A DNA stretch of 64,000 bases from Hormiphora californensis (lineage: Eukaryota > Animalia > Ctenophora). This document shows positions 1 through 12,977 of this stretch, piece after piece. The notes under the pieces were generated by a model. It was not told where the DNA came from. It worked only from the letters and a program-made list of their open reading frames with translations, and searched no databases. The stretch is from assembly GCA_020137815.1 (NCBI GenBank), contig CM035361.1, positions 4,712,001 to 4,776,000 of the forward strand, read 5' to 3'. Position 1 is the first letter of the stretch, and each line of letters starts with the position of its first letter. A program made the translations under genes and the position numbers.

Positions 1-2981
1 GACATCCATCGGGCCCAAATATGGGCTGACCATCGGGACCTAGGATGTTTCCATCTCCATCCAAGGGGAGACACCCATCGGGAGTGAGTTCAATCTTGAT
101 CGGACACCCATCTGCATTCAAGATGGGAGACCCATCAGGACCTAGAAGAGTGCCATCAGGGGCAATTCTCGGAATCCCGACATCCTCCCCACACTTGATT
201 GGCTCTCCATCAGCACCAAGTAGAAGTTCCTCATCAGGACCGACCAGGAACCCTTCCTCATTGGGTCCCCGGGGCATCATCTCCATCTCAGGATCTGGCC
301 TGAGTCCAATTAGTAGGGGTACACCCTCAGCGGTGATCATGGGAATACCATCGGGATCCAAAATGTGTCCATCATCATCGATCTCGGGGAGGACAAAGTT
401 GGTTGCCGGGGAAACAGGGATATCTTCCACGATGACTGGAAGTCCTTCACAATCCAACAATTCTCCGATATCGCTAACCTGGAGGGGCTCATCCCCACAG
501 GGGCATAAAGTGGAGACAGGCCGCCCCTCAGGGTCCACAACACGCTGCCCATCAGGCCCGATAACCTCACCCTGGGGTCCGATAACAACCACCGTGAAGG
601 GATCCTCTCCTGGCTTCAGAGGGGTTCCATCAGGTCCAATGATGGGGTTACCATTCACATCCACCATGTTGCCATCCTCGTCCAATGGTAGAGACCCATC
701 GGGATTGAGGGCCACCCTCACAGGCTCCCCTGTAACCGGGTCCCTGATTGGTTGCTTATCTGGTCCATGGAGCACACCCGCGGGGTCAATGTACGGTACA
801 CAAACCTCCACAAGGGCCTTAACTGGCTCCCCATCTGGACCTAACACGGGCTCACCATCAGGACCAAGGATCCTACCCTGAGAATCAGGCTCAACTGGAA
901 TCAGATCCACGGGCTTCATGGCCACAAAGACAGGCTCACCCTGGGCATCAATAATGGGTTTACCGTCCGGTCCGTAAACCTGGCCATTAGGCCCGACTAT
1001 GGGACCTGCACATGGGGCCTCCTCCTCCTCCCCAGTTGGCCCTATGTAGACAAGAGGATTTCCCTCTGGATCCAGCAGACAACCATCATCATCCATCATT
1101 AGAGTCCCGTCTGGGTTGATTCCAATCTTCAGCTGCTTGGGCTGGTAGGATGGTTTGGGGACATCAGGGGGTCGGATAACGGCCGAAGTAACCCCGAAGG
1201 ACTCCAGGGAAGCGAGGGATCCATCTCGAAGGGTATCATCATCATCATCATCATCGTCAGAATCCTCCTTAGGATCAGATGCAGGCTGACCTCCGAAGCA
1301 AGACTTTCCTTTAGGTTTCTTGGGAGCATCCAGGGAGAGTGAGTCTACATCTGGCTTACCAAGACCACAAAGTCCACCAAATGGTTTCTTCTTTTTCTCC
1401 GGTCCGATTTTAACCGCCTTTGGATGGGGGTCAAACGCGTTTTCTTTCGTTCTCTGAGAGGGTGAGTGTTCGGAGGGAATGATATCGAGAGGAACCTTGA
1501 GCGAGTGAACCGATCCAGCAGAGATGGAGGGCGCCTCAGCATTGAGGACGGGGGCTTCCACTTCCACTGCTGCCTCAGGGATATCAATAGCAGGGACCAC
1601 TGGTTCTGAAATATCCGGCATTGGGATATCCGATTTGAGTGAAATGCGATCCGATTTGTCAGGGAGTGAAACGTGATCTGATTTAACCGAGAGTGACTTC
1701 GCCGATAGTGAGATAGGATCCAGTTTTGCTGAGAGTGAGATATGATCCGATTTAGTAGAGAGGGAGGGTGACTTGATCGCTTCTGGCATCGCCACATCAG
1801 CATCCAAACTGGGCAGCAACTCGCTCTTTTCACTCTTCTCCCCGCCCACAGATTTAATATCCATCTCCGGGGTATCAACTCTGATTTCTGGGATTCCAAG
1901 TTTGGGGCTTCCCGAAGTGGTACTGTGTGACGTTAGTTGCAGCCTATCAGGTGAGGGAGAAAGCACGGCAGTCTTCCTTGAGAACGGAGGACAAAGTGGA
2001 AGTCCACTCTTTTTACTTGGTCTCTCCGGAGCGACTGGCTTCTCGAACGACACTCGACTGCTTTTTGGCACGGTAGGGGACGCCTTGGAGGAGCCCTTAC
2101 TGACCCGGATACTGGTCTGAGTGGTGTGGGTGGGTGCCGTAGCCTCACTTTGGATCTTTGGCATCTCTTCCTCCTCTTCCTCAGGCATCTCCCTAGGATC
2201 AATACTTCTCGTATCGGGTCCCCTGCAAATGTTTCCAAAGAACGATGGGAAGAAGGAGCTCTTGTGGGTTCCCTCAGATTTGGCGGAGCTTGTGTCCTTG
2301 AAGGATTGGGATGTAGTTGAAGAAGAAGATGATGAAGAAGAAGATGAAGAAGAAGAAGAGCTGTTAGTTTCACTGCATACCATCCCACTTTTCAGTGCCT
2401 CGTTGTAGCTTTGCCTGTTCAACTTGCAAGTCTCGGGTCCTGGGGATTGCCTATCAGAATCCTTTGCTTTCAGCAGGGGCTCATCTCCAGGCTCGGTAAT
2501 TCCAGTTTCAAACTCGATTATTGGAGGATTGACACCATCCAAAGAGTCATCTCCATGGGATTTATCCTCCGAGGTAATCCTGAAATCTTTGCTGGTGAAG
2601 CTGCTGACGTCACTACCCTCTTTATCGTCATCAAGCATGTAAATCTTGGTGTTTGAGTCTGTGTCCAAACGACTCAGATCAAACGGATCTCCAGCCTTGA
2701 GTATCGCATCAAGCTCTTCATTTGCAATGGGGGTGAACTTTTTACTGCACTTGCTCTTCTCCTGAACACAATCACTTTTCAGTGAAATGTTATCCAACTC
2801 GGGGGGTTTATTCCCATCTGGGTATACAAATGTGGTCTTTTTCGTGTACTCCTTGATCTCAGTAGTGACGCAGATGTCATTGTGGCGGGTGGTGTAATAC
2901 CGGGTCCGCTTCAGAGTCGTTACTGTCGGGGTTAGTTTCCGCCTTTCGGCCTCCCTGAAATCCCGTTCGGCATTGTCTGTG
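1..2981 (-). CDS. Large exon (~990 codons, runs off window start): Ser/Glu/Pro-rich region followed by GPDG/DxDG-type repeats; function unknown
   Basis: My translation is open from acceptor (ccgcag, AG side at 2982-2984) to base 1: TDNAERDFREAERRKL...GRILGPDGEPVLGPDGEPV...LDGDGNILGPDGQPIFGPDGC. Absent from the ORF track because there is no in-window stop; upstream exons not identified. Confidence 0.8.
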
Positions 2982-3691
2982 CTGCGGGGGGATTTTAGGT
3001 AATTAAGTAATTAATTAACAAATAAGTGCTGTGGGATTGTTAAAGAGGATGTAATAGGGGGTGTGCTGCCGGATTATCACATGAGTGTAAGTGTAGTTGA
3101 AGCTCAATTTGGGAACCATGTAAATCAAAAAACTCAGTTTGAAGTTTTTATTTACAACTTACATTATCTCCATACCATAACGAAGGGCTGCCTTTGTTGT
3201 TGTTTTTGTTGTTCTTGAAGGGACGCCTATTAACAATTCAAAATTTATTATTATGCGTGTTATAGTATCAATCAAATGTGTTATCAAAACCTAATTATTA
3301 GAAACAACAACGCTATCTCACGGTGCTGGTTTCGCTAAGTGATTAGCCCTGTGCGTAGGGTCCCCATCAGGGGTTCACGCAGCTATGGCAACCGCTCTTA
3401 TCAAATAAAAAACAATGCTATCTAGCTGTGTAGATATAACGTCCGCGGCGGTAGGCAAACAAAACACTATACAACTGCAGAGATAGTAGTTTATAGTCTT
3501 CAGGGTGTACTTCATATAGGCAGAATGTTTGTCATTTTAGAGGCAGCACACAAGAGTTTGTCATCCAACTAGGAAGTCCTAGTCTGCTGGCAAGGGACAA
3601 AAAGGTTCGGTAACGAACGGTATGGGATAAATTAGCTATTAATAGATCATGCATATAATGTGTAGACACAATGATAGACAGTGAATGAAAT

Positions 3692-3693
<2 letters not shown>

Positions 3694-3780
<87 letters not shown>

Positions 3781-3790
3781 GAGAGAGAGA
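3694..3790. repeat. (GA)n microsatellite, representative of many (e.g. ~12705, 17090, 17717, 22970, 25430, 27170, 28870, 43780)
   Basis: Directly visible dinucleotide runs. Confidence 0.98.
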
Positions 3791-4023
3791 AAGGTGCCAG
3801 CACACTAAGCAAGGCGTGCAGTACCACCCAGACACGCTTCAGGGAGCCGTCATATATTAGCAGGTCAGGACACGAGTGAAATAACAAGCTGGGACAATAT
3901 CAGAGGAACTGAGAGGAATGACCGCGATTCATCCGAATCATGATTTAAGTGCACTTGCATGTACACACCCTTGGTGTTCATTGAGTGATATGGGTGAAAT
4001 ATTGAAATATGTATTAGCATCTA

Positions 4024-4387
4024 AACTGGGGTAAAATGGTCCAGCACACTGGGGTAAAATGGTCTAGCAGAACAGAAATTACTGAAGATAACATGGACCA
4101 TTTTACCCCAGTGCTCTAACAACACCAGGCACGTGATAAAAATCGAGCAATGCTATTGGCTGGACCATTTTACCCCAGTGCAAAATTTCCAAAAAAAGCC
4201 CTACCAAACTTTTTGAATTGATTAATTAAGCTATTAAATAAAACTTTCAGATTTTAAAATTTAGCTCGTCTGAAAGGAAAACGTTTCATTGGATAGCCTA
4301 TATAATTTTTTTCTTCTTGCTGTATAAATTGAGTATTTTAGAACCTAAAACGTTAGAAAGTGTGCCATTTTACCCCTTTCTACCCTA
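4024..4387. mobile_element. Partial non-autonomous DNA element with internal direct/inverted GGGGTAAAATGGTCCAGC motifs
   Basis: ctggggtaaaatggtc twice (4025-4062), inverted copies at ~4096 and ~4160, related end ccattttacccctttctacccta. Confidence 0.4.
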
Positions 4388-4570
4388 CACTAGAATCCAA
4401 ACTAGTAACGACACAAGTAAATTCGTGGGAAAGCGTAAAAAACAAACTTAAAATTCAACATGCAAGGGTATTAATTAACCAATTAAATCAATAATTGATT
4501 AATTAAGGGGGGTGATCTCTGCCCGAGATTTTTACAGTTTTGGTGGGTTATTAATTTATAACACGTGCAG

Positions 4571-7500
4571 TTATAACTTGGGTTGAACAACCACTTCACA
4601 GAATTGCAACCAGCCAAATTCTCCGGATATGGTCACAGAATCCGCCGCCTTTCCGTCACAATTCACGGTGTACCATAGTTTGTCCGAATCGTATGTAATG
4701 GTCGCACATAGCTCGTCCCTACTCTTACCTGGGAGAAGGGGAGCTGTGTGTTAGATTAGTTATTAATTTTATTGAATATCTGACAGATTAAAAAAGTGCA
4801 TAAAAACATGCAATGGAAATCACCCTCGTGGGTCGTGCCCCCGAACGGATTCACACACCCATGGCAACCACTAAACTAAATCAAATGCAAATAGAAACTA
4901 ACCTCAGCTCCACCTAGATAGTCATCCTGAGAAGATGTATCAAGTCGGGGGTAGATAATCACTTTCCCGATCTCTTTGACCCCATCAAAAGTTGCCCTCC
5001 ACCAATGGAAACCTTGCTGAACTCCACTTGAAAAACAACCGCCCCGATAAAAACTCCCATCAATCTGGCCGTTCACAGCGTTCACAGCTTCTCCTCCAAC
5101 CTGCTCGCTGCTGGATGTGATCACGGTACTTTTAGCGCTGGCAATATTCTCAATTGTAGTGTCGACAATGTTTGTGTCGGTGGCGGGGTTGTAGTTGTAA
5201 TCTACCATGGCTTTTACCTGGAACACGTTTAGTCGTTTGTTTGTTTGTGATTGGGGAAGTACTGGGGAAAAACAATCGTACCTGAACCTCAGGTTCAGGC
5301 CACGGCAATTTTCTAGAACGTATAGAAGAAGAAACTTCTAGTTTCGAAATCTAACACCTAAATCTCTATAATTATCTACCTCGCACAATGTAAGATATTC
5401 GTCCTCAAGAGTAACTTTCAGGTATCGTCCCTGGAGGTGATTGGTGTCAATAGTCCACTTTGTTTGTCCCTCCTCGTAGGACAGAGCCCCGATGGTTCTG
5501 TTGTCCAGGGTGATCAGAGCCCCATCCAATCGGTCCCCACAGCAGTCTTCCCGACCTGAACAGATTTAAATTTAAACAGGATTGTGTACTTAGCAGGGAG
5601 ATATCAACTACAACTTGTACTATCAATCTAATGATAATAATTGTATTATAATTACCATAGATTTCGATATAATCGATGTACTCCTCCCTCTCAAGGTCCA
5701 CTTGCCAGTAGCTCACAGTGTCCCGATTGGTGTGTGTACAGCTTGCATCATTCCATTGCCCGTTAGTATAGCCGTCAACTGCCCTACTGGCTACTCCACT
5801 GTGCTGGGTCGAGGACTGAACGGCAGACTTCCTTCTAGCAACGTTGAATAGACCTGTAGGGGATATGGTTGTAACCATGGTAACACTTGGGTTCACGCCC
5901 ATGGTAACACTTACTGGGTGTTGTGGTAACCATGGTAAAACTTACTGGGTGTTGTGGTAACCATGGCAACACTTACTAGGTGTTGTGATAACCATGGTAA
6001 CACTTACTGGGTGTTGTGGTAACCATGGTAACACTTACTGGGTGTTGTGGTAACCATGGTAACACTTACTGGGTGTTGTGGTAACCATGGTAACACTTAC
6101 TGGGTGTTGTGGTAACCATGGTAATACACTTACTGGGTGTTGTGGTACCCATGGTAACACTTATTGCGGATTTCGGTAACCATGGTAGCACTTACTGGGT
6201 TTTGTGGTAACCATAGTAACAATTACTGGGTATTGTGGTAACCATGGTAACACATAGTACTGGGTGTTGTGGTAACCATGGTAACACATAATACTGGGTG
6301 TTGTGGTAACCAAGGTAACACATAATACTAGGTGTTGTGGTAACCATGGTAACACATAATACTAGGTGTTGTGGTAACCATGGTAACACATAATACTGGG
6401 TGTTGTGGTAACCATGGTAACACTTACTGGGTGTTGTGATAACCATGGTAAAACTTACTGGGGTTTGTGGTAACCATGGTAACAATTACTGGGTATTGTG
6501 GTAACCATGGTAACACATAGTACTGGGTGTTGTGGTAACCATGGTAACACATAATACTGGGTGTTGTGGTAACCATGGTAACACTTACTGGGTGTTGTGG
6601 TTGGTGTTTCATCACTGTCTCCCAAGTTTTCATTCCTCACCATAACTTGCACTTCACAAATCATCAAATAGGAGTAAAGCTTCTCTATTCGTACCTGTAG
6701 ATTGAGTAAAGTTGAGGGGGAGAGAAGCTATAAGATAAAATATTACCCCATGCAGTGGAACCCTGTCACACCCGTGCACAGAAGCCGGAGGCGAGCTAAC
6801 CCTCAACCCCCCCCCCCCCAGGTGAAAAGATTAGGAAAAGAGAAATACTAAATCTCCACCCGAGGTCCACCCCGGGCCGGGTCGAGCACCACTACTAAAA
6901 CCAAGATTGGAAGGATGATATATCGGTTTGTTAATTACCTTTTGTCCATACGCATCATCAGGACAAGACACTTTGTAAATTGTTTGGTCCCCCGTGTCAC
7001 TTGCATCAACATCGTCCTCTGAAGCCAGCCCACAGAGGTTGTTGCCAAGCCATACCCGGGCACTGAAAAAAATAGTTAATTAATTATATATAACAAAAAA
7101 TATTTAGTTAATTAATGATATTTGTAGTTTATAATTGGAGCTTGCTCAGCTAATTGGATTTTGATATCATAAGTAATTGTCAATTACCCTTGGAATGTTT
7201 TATAGTAATCTTTGTTATCACTCCTTATGTATATCATAACATGATCAACATTGAAACTGGCTTCCAAATCCACCTGCCACCACTCTGCACTTCCCTGAAA
7301 GTGATCGTTACCATGGTTACCAGTGTTATTAGAGATTGAGTTACCATGGTTACCAGTGTTCTTAGAAATTGAGTTACCATGGTTACCACAACACCCAGTT
7401 GGTTATCATTGTAAAATACACGCATAATAGTTATACCTTCCGTTTAGTGTGCATACAGGACCCATCATTCCACTTTTGTAGCGCCCACCCGTCCACTGCT

Positions 7501-9375
7501 CGTGAGGGTACCCCACTGGACTGCTCGGTGCTCTGTGTGGCTGGTTTTAGAAGGGCGACATTGGTGTAATCCCCAATTACCTCCCCCTTTGAGGTCGTCA
7601 CCGTGGGAACAACATCAAGATCTTCAGTTTTTACCATGACCTGTAATAATAACATGTTAATATTAGACATAACAATGTTAGCCGTGTTAAAATTAAACAT
7701 AACAGTGTTAGCCATTTTAACATTAACAATTATATACTTCACTGATTGGGATTTCTAGATTTCTAGGAATTTTTCTAGAAATCTCATTATTCAACATGTT
7801 TTCCCGCCAATTTCACCCTCGAATCCCAGAGAAGAAGAATTACAAACCTGAACTTCACAAAGAGTCAGCGGTTCTCCCATCAGCTCTATTTTAACAATTT
7901 GTCCAGCACTCTCTTCCTTGCTACACGTAACCACGTCAGCTATATTTTCTTCCCCCGTGGATTTTAGGGTTCCTGCAAATATGTTAATTAGTTAATTAAA
8001 CATTAATTAATTAGTTAATTAAATATTAATCAATTTTAAGTATGTAATGAAACGCAAACTAAAAATACATAAGAAATACAGTCGGACCCCGATTTAGGGA
8101 CACCCTCGGGGGAAAGGCTCTTGTCCACTAAATCGGGGTGTCCACTAAATCGGGGTCAAATAAGGTTAATTTCCTATATCGGGGTAAAAAAATCCTGTCC
8201 CTAAATCGGGGTGCCACTAAATCGGGGGGCCCTAAATCGGGGTCCGACTGTACTAAAAATTCCAACTGCATTCCTGCTGAACTGAGATGATATCATTTCA
8301 CCATGATTTCTTCTGCACCGAATTTTACGGTAAAATATAAGGGTAAAATAGGGTAAAATAGGGTCAAATAGGGTCAAATAGGGTCAAATAGGGTAAAATA
8401 TGGTAAAATAGGGTAAAATAGGGTAAAATATATGTAGGATAAAATAGGGTAAAATAGGGTAAAATATATTTAAATATATTTAGAATAAAATAGGGTAAAA
8501 TAGGGTAAAATAGGGTAAAATAGGGTAAAATATATTTAAGATAAAATAGGGTAAAATAGGGTAAAATAGGGTAGAATAGGGTAAAATAGGTTAAAATAGG
8601 GTAGAATAGGGTAAAATAGGGTAAAATAGGGTAAAATAGGGTAAAATAGGTTAAAATAGGGTAGAATAGGGTAAAATAGGGTAAAATAGGGTAAAATAGG
8701 GTAAAATAGGGTAAAATAGGGTAAAATATGTTTAGGGTAGAATATGTTTAGGATAAAATAGGGTAATGATGATGTGTTACCTACCACATCGGTGATCTCC
8801 AATCCAGAGTCTGGCACCTTCTAGTCGATAAGCCCACGCCTTATCAGTTCGCCCCCAGATATTAATATGATCAATTTGGTAAACTCTGCCAAGATCTACT
8901 GTCCAGTAGGGATGGTCTCTGAAATTAATTGATGTAATTAAATGTAATTGATTTAATTAATTGATATTAATCAAAATCGATCAAAGGAGTTATTATATCT
9001 GAACATGTATAAGATTGTTGAACGATATTCTCAAATTACACACAGATGGACATGCATGTTACCACGGTTACCATTATTACAACAGTTACCATTATTACAA
9101 CAGTTACCACGGTTACCACGACTACCATAGTTACCATGGTTACCACGACTACAACAGTTACTGCACATGGTTACTTACTCGCTCTCCTTAGTGTGTGTAC
9201 AAGTTTTACTGGACCACGCGCCCGCGGTGTTCCCATCCACTGCCCGAGATGAAACTCCCCCATACTTTGAGGTAGACTGGGTGGTGGTTTTGTCTAACGC
9301 CACATTTGTATACCCATCTTGTGCCCGGGCTAGAAGGGTTATCGTCTGCAGGGAGACGAACAACAGCAACCTCAT
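4571..9375 (-). CDS. Secreted F-type lectin (fucolectin/FTP) with four tandem domains, 11 exons
   Basis: Exons 9375-9179, 8918-8785, 7972-7848, 7640-7437, 7294-7188, 7062-6939, 6694-6589, 5853-5656, 5555-5380, 5217-4903, 4728-4571 with consistent GT-AG phases. Signal peptide; NVA..K...QS, SRAVDG, CTHT, YWxVDL, REDCCGDRL and LxxCEV motifs. The last exon needs one extra G in a G-run at ~4717 (probable sequencing error). Confidence 0.92.
5868..6600. repeat. 31-33 bp intronic tandem array (~22 copies) containing the exon-7 end, the donor site and GTAACCATGGTAAC
   Basis: Minus-strand unit ACAACACCCA|GTAAGTGTTACCATGGTTACC and a GTATTATGT variant. Confidence 0.95.
8079..8250. mobile_element. Tc1/mariner(pogo-like) MITE, TA TSD, TIR CAGTCGGACCCCGATTT
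   Basis: TA-cagtcggaccccgattt...aaatcggggtccgactg-TA. Relatives at ~18136, 40723-40790, ~41175, 43363-43416, 50760-50915, 52353-52531, 55852-55927, 60381-60540, 62095-62216, 62549-62687. Confidence 0.88.
8341..8764. repeat. 10-bp minisatellite (GGGTAAAATA)n in lectin intron 2
   Basis: Directly visible. Confidence 0.97.
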
Positions 9376-9820
9376 GACAACACGGAAAAGTGAGCTTTTT
9401 TAGCTGGTATATAGAATGTGGTCCTTTGTTCTAGTTTAGGATGTGAGTTATATCTTTGTTGGTGAAACGTAAAAGTAAGCCAGCGCTTTGTTATCGCGTG
9501 TCCTTCCTTCATTTGACAAAGGGATATCAGACAATGAATTTATTTGAGCCATTGTGTGGTAGCACCTCATTGTCCTGAAACTAGATGGTTGAGCTACGGC
9601 CCTTTGTTCACTACAACACCGCTATGTGCAGCTATAAGATCTAGTGTTGTTCACTATAATAATGGTAGACTAGCGGTTTATCTAACAATGGTATATACTA
9701 TATACTTTCTTACAATATATATCTCGAATAATGGGGGTTACATGGCTATAATAATAGCGTGTATAGTAGTAAGGAAATTACGTGGCTTTTGATCCATGGG
9801 CCCGTGGTGCTATATGGTAC

Positions 9821-10923
9821 ACTAGAAAGCCCATTGTTAAGTCCTACAACACACTCCCCCACCCGTCTCTATATGTCTCTCTCCCCGTCTCATTCTGTGT
9901 CTATCCATGTCGGGGTAAAGAATGCGGAGGTTTATAGTGGTAGAGCGCTGGTGATAAACATCAAGGGAAATCCCGCTGAATAACATGTAGAATCAGGCGA
10001 TAAAGATCCGTAGAATTGTAGCTGTGTAGAGAATCAACGGGGTACGTGGGTAGAAAGGCTTTGGCAATCATGGGGGCACTCAGCAGTAGATCCCGAAACA
10101 CCACAGGAACACCACAGGAACACGCAACAAACAACAAACAACATGCACGTGCAGTATCCCCCTCCCATACCCCTCCCAGAGCACCTCCTTGGCAACCCCC
10201 TCTATTTGCACGTGGGATACTACATCATACTCCTCATCACGCCACGCATTTGCAAATTATAATAAGGACTAGAAAGCCCATTGAAGTAGAGCGCCCGTTG
10301 ACCCGAATCCCCACACTATTCCTCACCCAGGAGCACCCCTCTCACTCGCTGCACCAACCCGCACGTGCAACCTCCAATACCCTCTCAAGCCACCTCCCAG
10401 GGCAACCCCCCTCTATTTGCACGTGTGGATACTACATCACCACCATCACGCCACGCATTTGTACTTTATAATAAGGACTAGAAAGCCCATTGTTAAGTCC
10501 TACAACACCCCCCCCCCCTCCCCGTCTCTATGTCTCTCCCCCCCCCCCTCACTATTCGTATCTCAATGTCGGGGTAAAGAGGTTGGTAGTGGTAGAGCGC
10601 TGGTGATAAACATCAAGGGAAATCCCGCTGAATAACATGTAGAATCAGGTGATAAAGATCCGTAGAATTGTAGCTGTGTAGAGAATCAACGGGGTACGTA
10701 GGTAGAAAGGCTTTGGCAATCATGGAGGTCCCAGCAGTAGATCCAAAACACTACAGGAACAACACAGGAACACGCAACAAACAACCAAAAACATGCACGT
10801 GCAGTATCCCCTCACAACTACCCATACCCCTCCCAAGCCACCTCCCAGGGCAACCCCCACTATTTGCACGTGTGGATACTACATCACCACCATCACGCCA
10901 CGCATTTGTACTTTATAATAAGG
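9821..10923. repeat. Tandem duplication with ~656 bp period and internal sub-duplications
   Basis: actagaaagcccattgttaagtcctacaacac at 9821 and 10477; a long near-identical block follows each. Confidence 0.9.
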
Positions 10924-11309
10924 ATGGCTGCGTTATTGTTGGACACTAAACAGAAGCTCAGGAACATAATGATATGCGAACACAAAAAGATGGAGAGAAA
11001 AACATATAATATGCATTTTGTGTGACCCTGTAAGGCAGCGGATTACGGGGGCCCGAATAGATCGCCCGTATAGATCGACCGTATAGACTGCCCGGACGTT
11101 TCATCTGCGCATTACGTTTCATCACACTTTCACCAAAACGAAACACATGCGCGTGCAATTATTTTTTACTAAGATACACACCGAAGCTTTAGTTAACTAA
11201 TGTTATTTTTAATGTTCGAAAAATCCGATATCTATTAATTTTATTTTACTTTTAATGTTAATGTCATTTTAATTTTGAAAATCAGCTGGAACTCGTGAGT
11301 CGTCGACGA

Positions 11310-12701
11310 TTATTGAGTGATTGAATGGTTTTCAGAAAACGATCCTCCGTCTTTAACATTTTCGATGTAATCATTACATGATTTAATAAGCTCGTTTCCT
11401 GCTTTCTCAACTCTCCTAACCATACGAGATCTCTTCCTTGGATCAGCCATCATTGCCTCTTCCTCTGCCGTAACAGCTTTCCCAAGTCTACATTCAATCT
11501 CGTCCACTGCACTCTTTAGGATCTGAAGGTGCTCCGCAACCTTCAACATTTGCCGTACATATGTCTTCGAAATCCTTTACTGCGACATCGTTGTTGGAAC
11601 TGATTGCAGCAGTTATAAAGAGCTACTGGGATGGTACACAGGTAGTGCAAGAGTACACACAACACCGGTCAATAATCCCCCTACTCCTCCAGCAAGTGCT
11701 GCTCCGGCAGTACCCGAACCTCGCACGACTGCGTTGCTGTCCTGAAGAGCCTTATTGGCAGCTTCACCCGCTACATAACCTCCTGTGAGTGCAATAGCAC
11801 CTGTCCCAAGTACAGGCACGCCACAAGCCGCAATGTCAGATGATGTATCGATCGAATAGACTCTGCATTATTTTTCTCGTTTTTGTGGTACTTTATTTTT
11901 CCATCGGCTTTTGCGTGAAGTATGTTTCGCCTTACGGATAATTTCAGTGTGACGATTACTGCTATTCCTTAGCCCATTCTTGAAGAGCTGTTGTATCACA
12001 GGCAGTCTCCCAAATTTCAGAAATTGGAATCCTCTCCAGCAGGGTACTCAAAATATTCTTTAGATACTTCAACCAATCGTTCTCCATACGAACGTGTAAT
12101 CGTATACTGTTTTCTTGGTCTGGTTCTCTAGCAGCCCATAGTCGCTGGCTAATGTTTCGATTTCTTCAACAATACCTTTTGTAACACTCTTTTCCTTGAT
12201 TTTGGCAATTTGTACTATCAGCGCATTTGAAACAGCTGAGTTTTTGACATCGGCTATTGATAGTTGTATTGATTGTAGTTGACTCTCCACAAAACATGCT
12301 CTGCATTGATTGGAGAGGCCCCTGCAGTCCTCACACCTTCTTCTATCGACTCCATCTTTATCCAACCAGGGTTCACCCCAGCTCTTGGAATCAATAACAC
12401 CGCCAGACTTAGTTACGATGAAAGAGGAACGTTTTGAATGTGGGGCATTCACCATTATATCGACCCTCTTTTGATTATCATCCATCATATAGATACTAAC
12501 ATGGTAAACTCCTGTTGGTGAAGCTGCTGGACTGAATTCTTTTCTGTCCAATTTTGGGATAACTGTGAAGCCTTCTTCAATAAAATTTTCCCGCTTGATA
12601 ACTGTCTGCCTGCTTTTGGAACCTTGTCCACTGATAGAGTGATCTCCCGCCACGTTAGCTGTTACCCCCATGCCTCCCGAGGTAGATTCTTGGAACTCCT
12701 G

Positions 12702-12756
<55 letters not shown>

Positions 12757-12977
12757 GAGATATAGATGAGAGAGTATAGAGAGAGATAGAGAAGAGAGGA
12801 GAGGAGAGAGCGATAGCGGAGGTGAGTGCAGAATAGTGTGGTAACACAGCATTTGTTGTTTAAATTTACTGAATAAGTAGATGTAAACATTCTTACCGAT
12901 ATTTTTTCAGTTTCAATTTTAACCCAAATCTTATCATGGGTTGCGTTTGAGACCTGTACAGAGGCGTTGTTCCCCAT
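11310..12977 (-). pseudogene. Disrupted gene: N-myristoylation motif, beta-rich domain, helical region, glycine-zipper hydrophobic segment, coiled coil
   Basis: ATG at 12977 (MGNNAS), in-frame intron 12896-12699, ORF to 12069. Coding-like sequence continues through frameshifts/stops into ORFs 11819-11613 (GAALAGGVGGLLTG) and 11549-11310. Confidence 0.6.

Noticed and set aside
45-881. 278-aa plus-strand ORF and other plus-strand ORFs up to 2656
   Set aside because: Antisense shadows of the long minus-strand exon.
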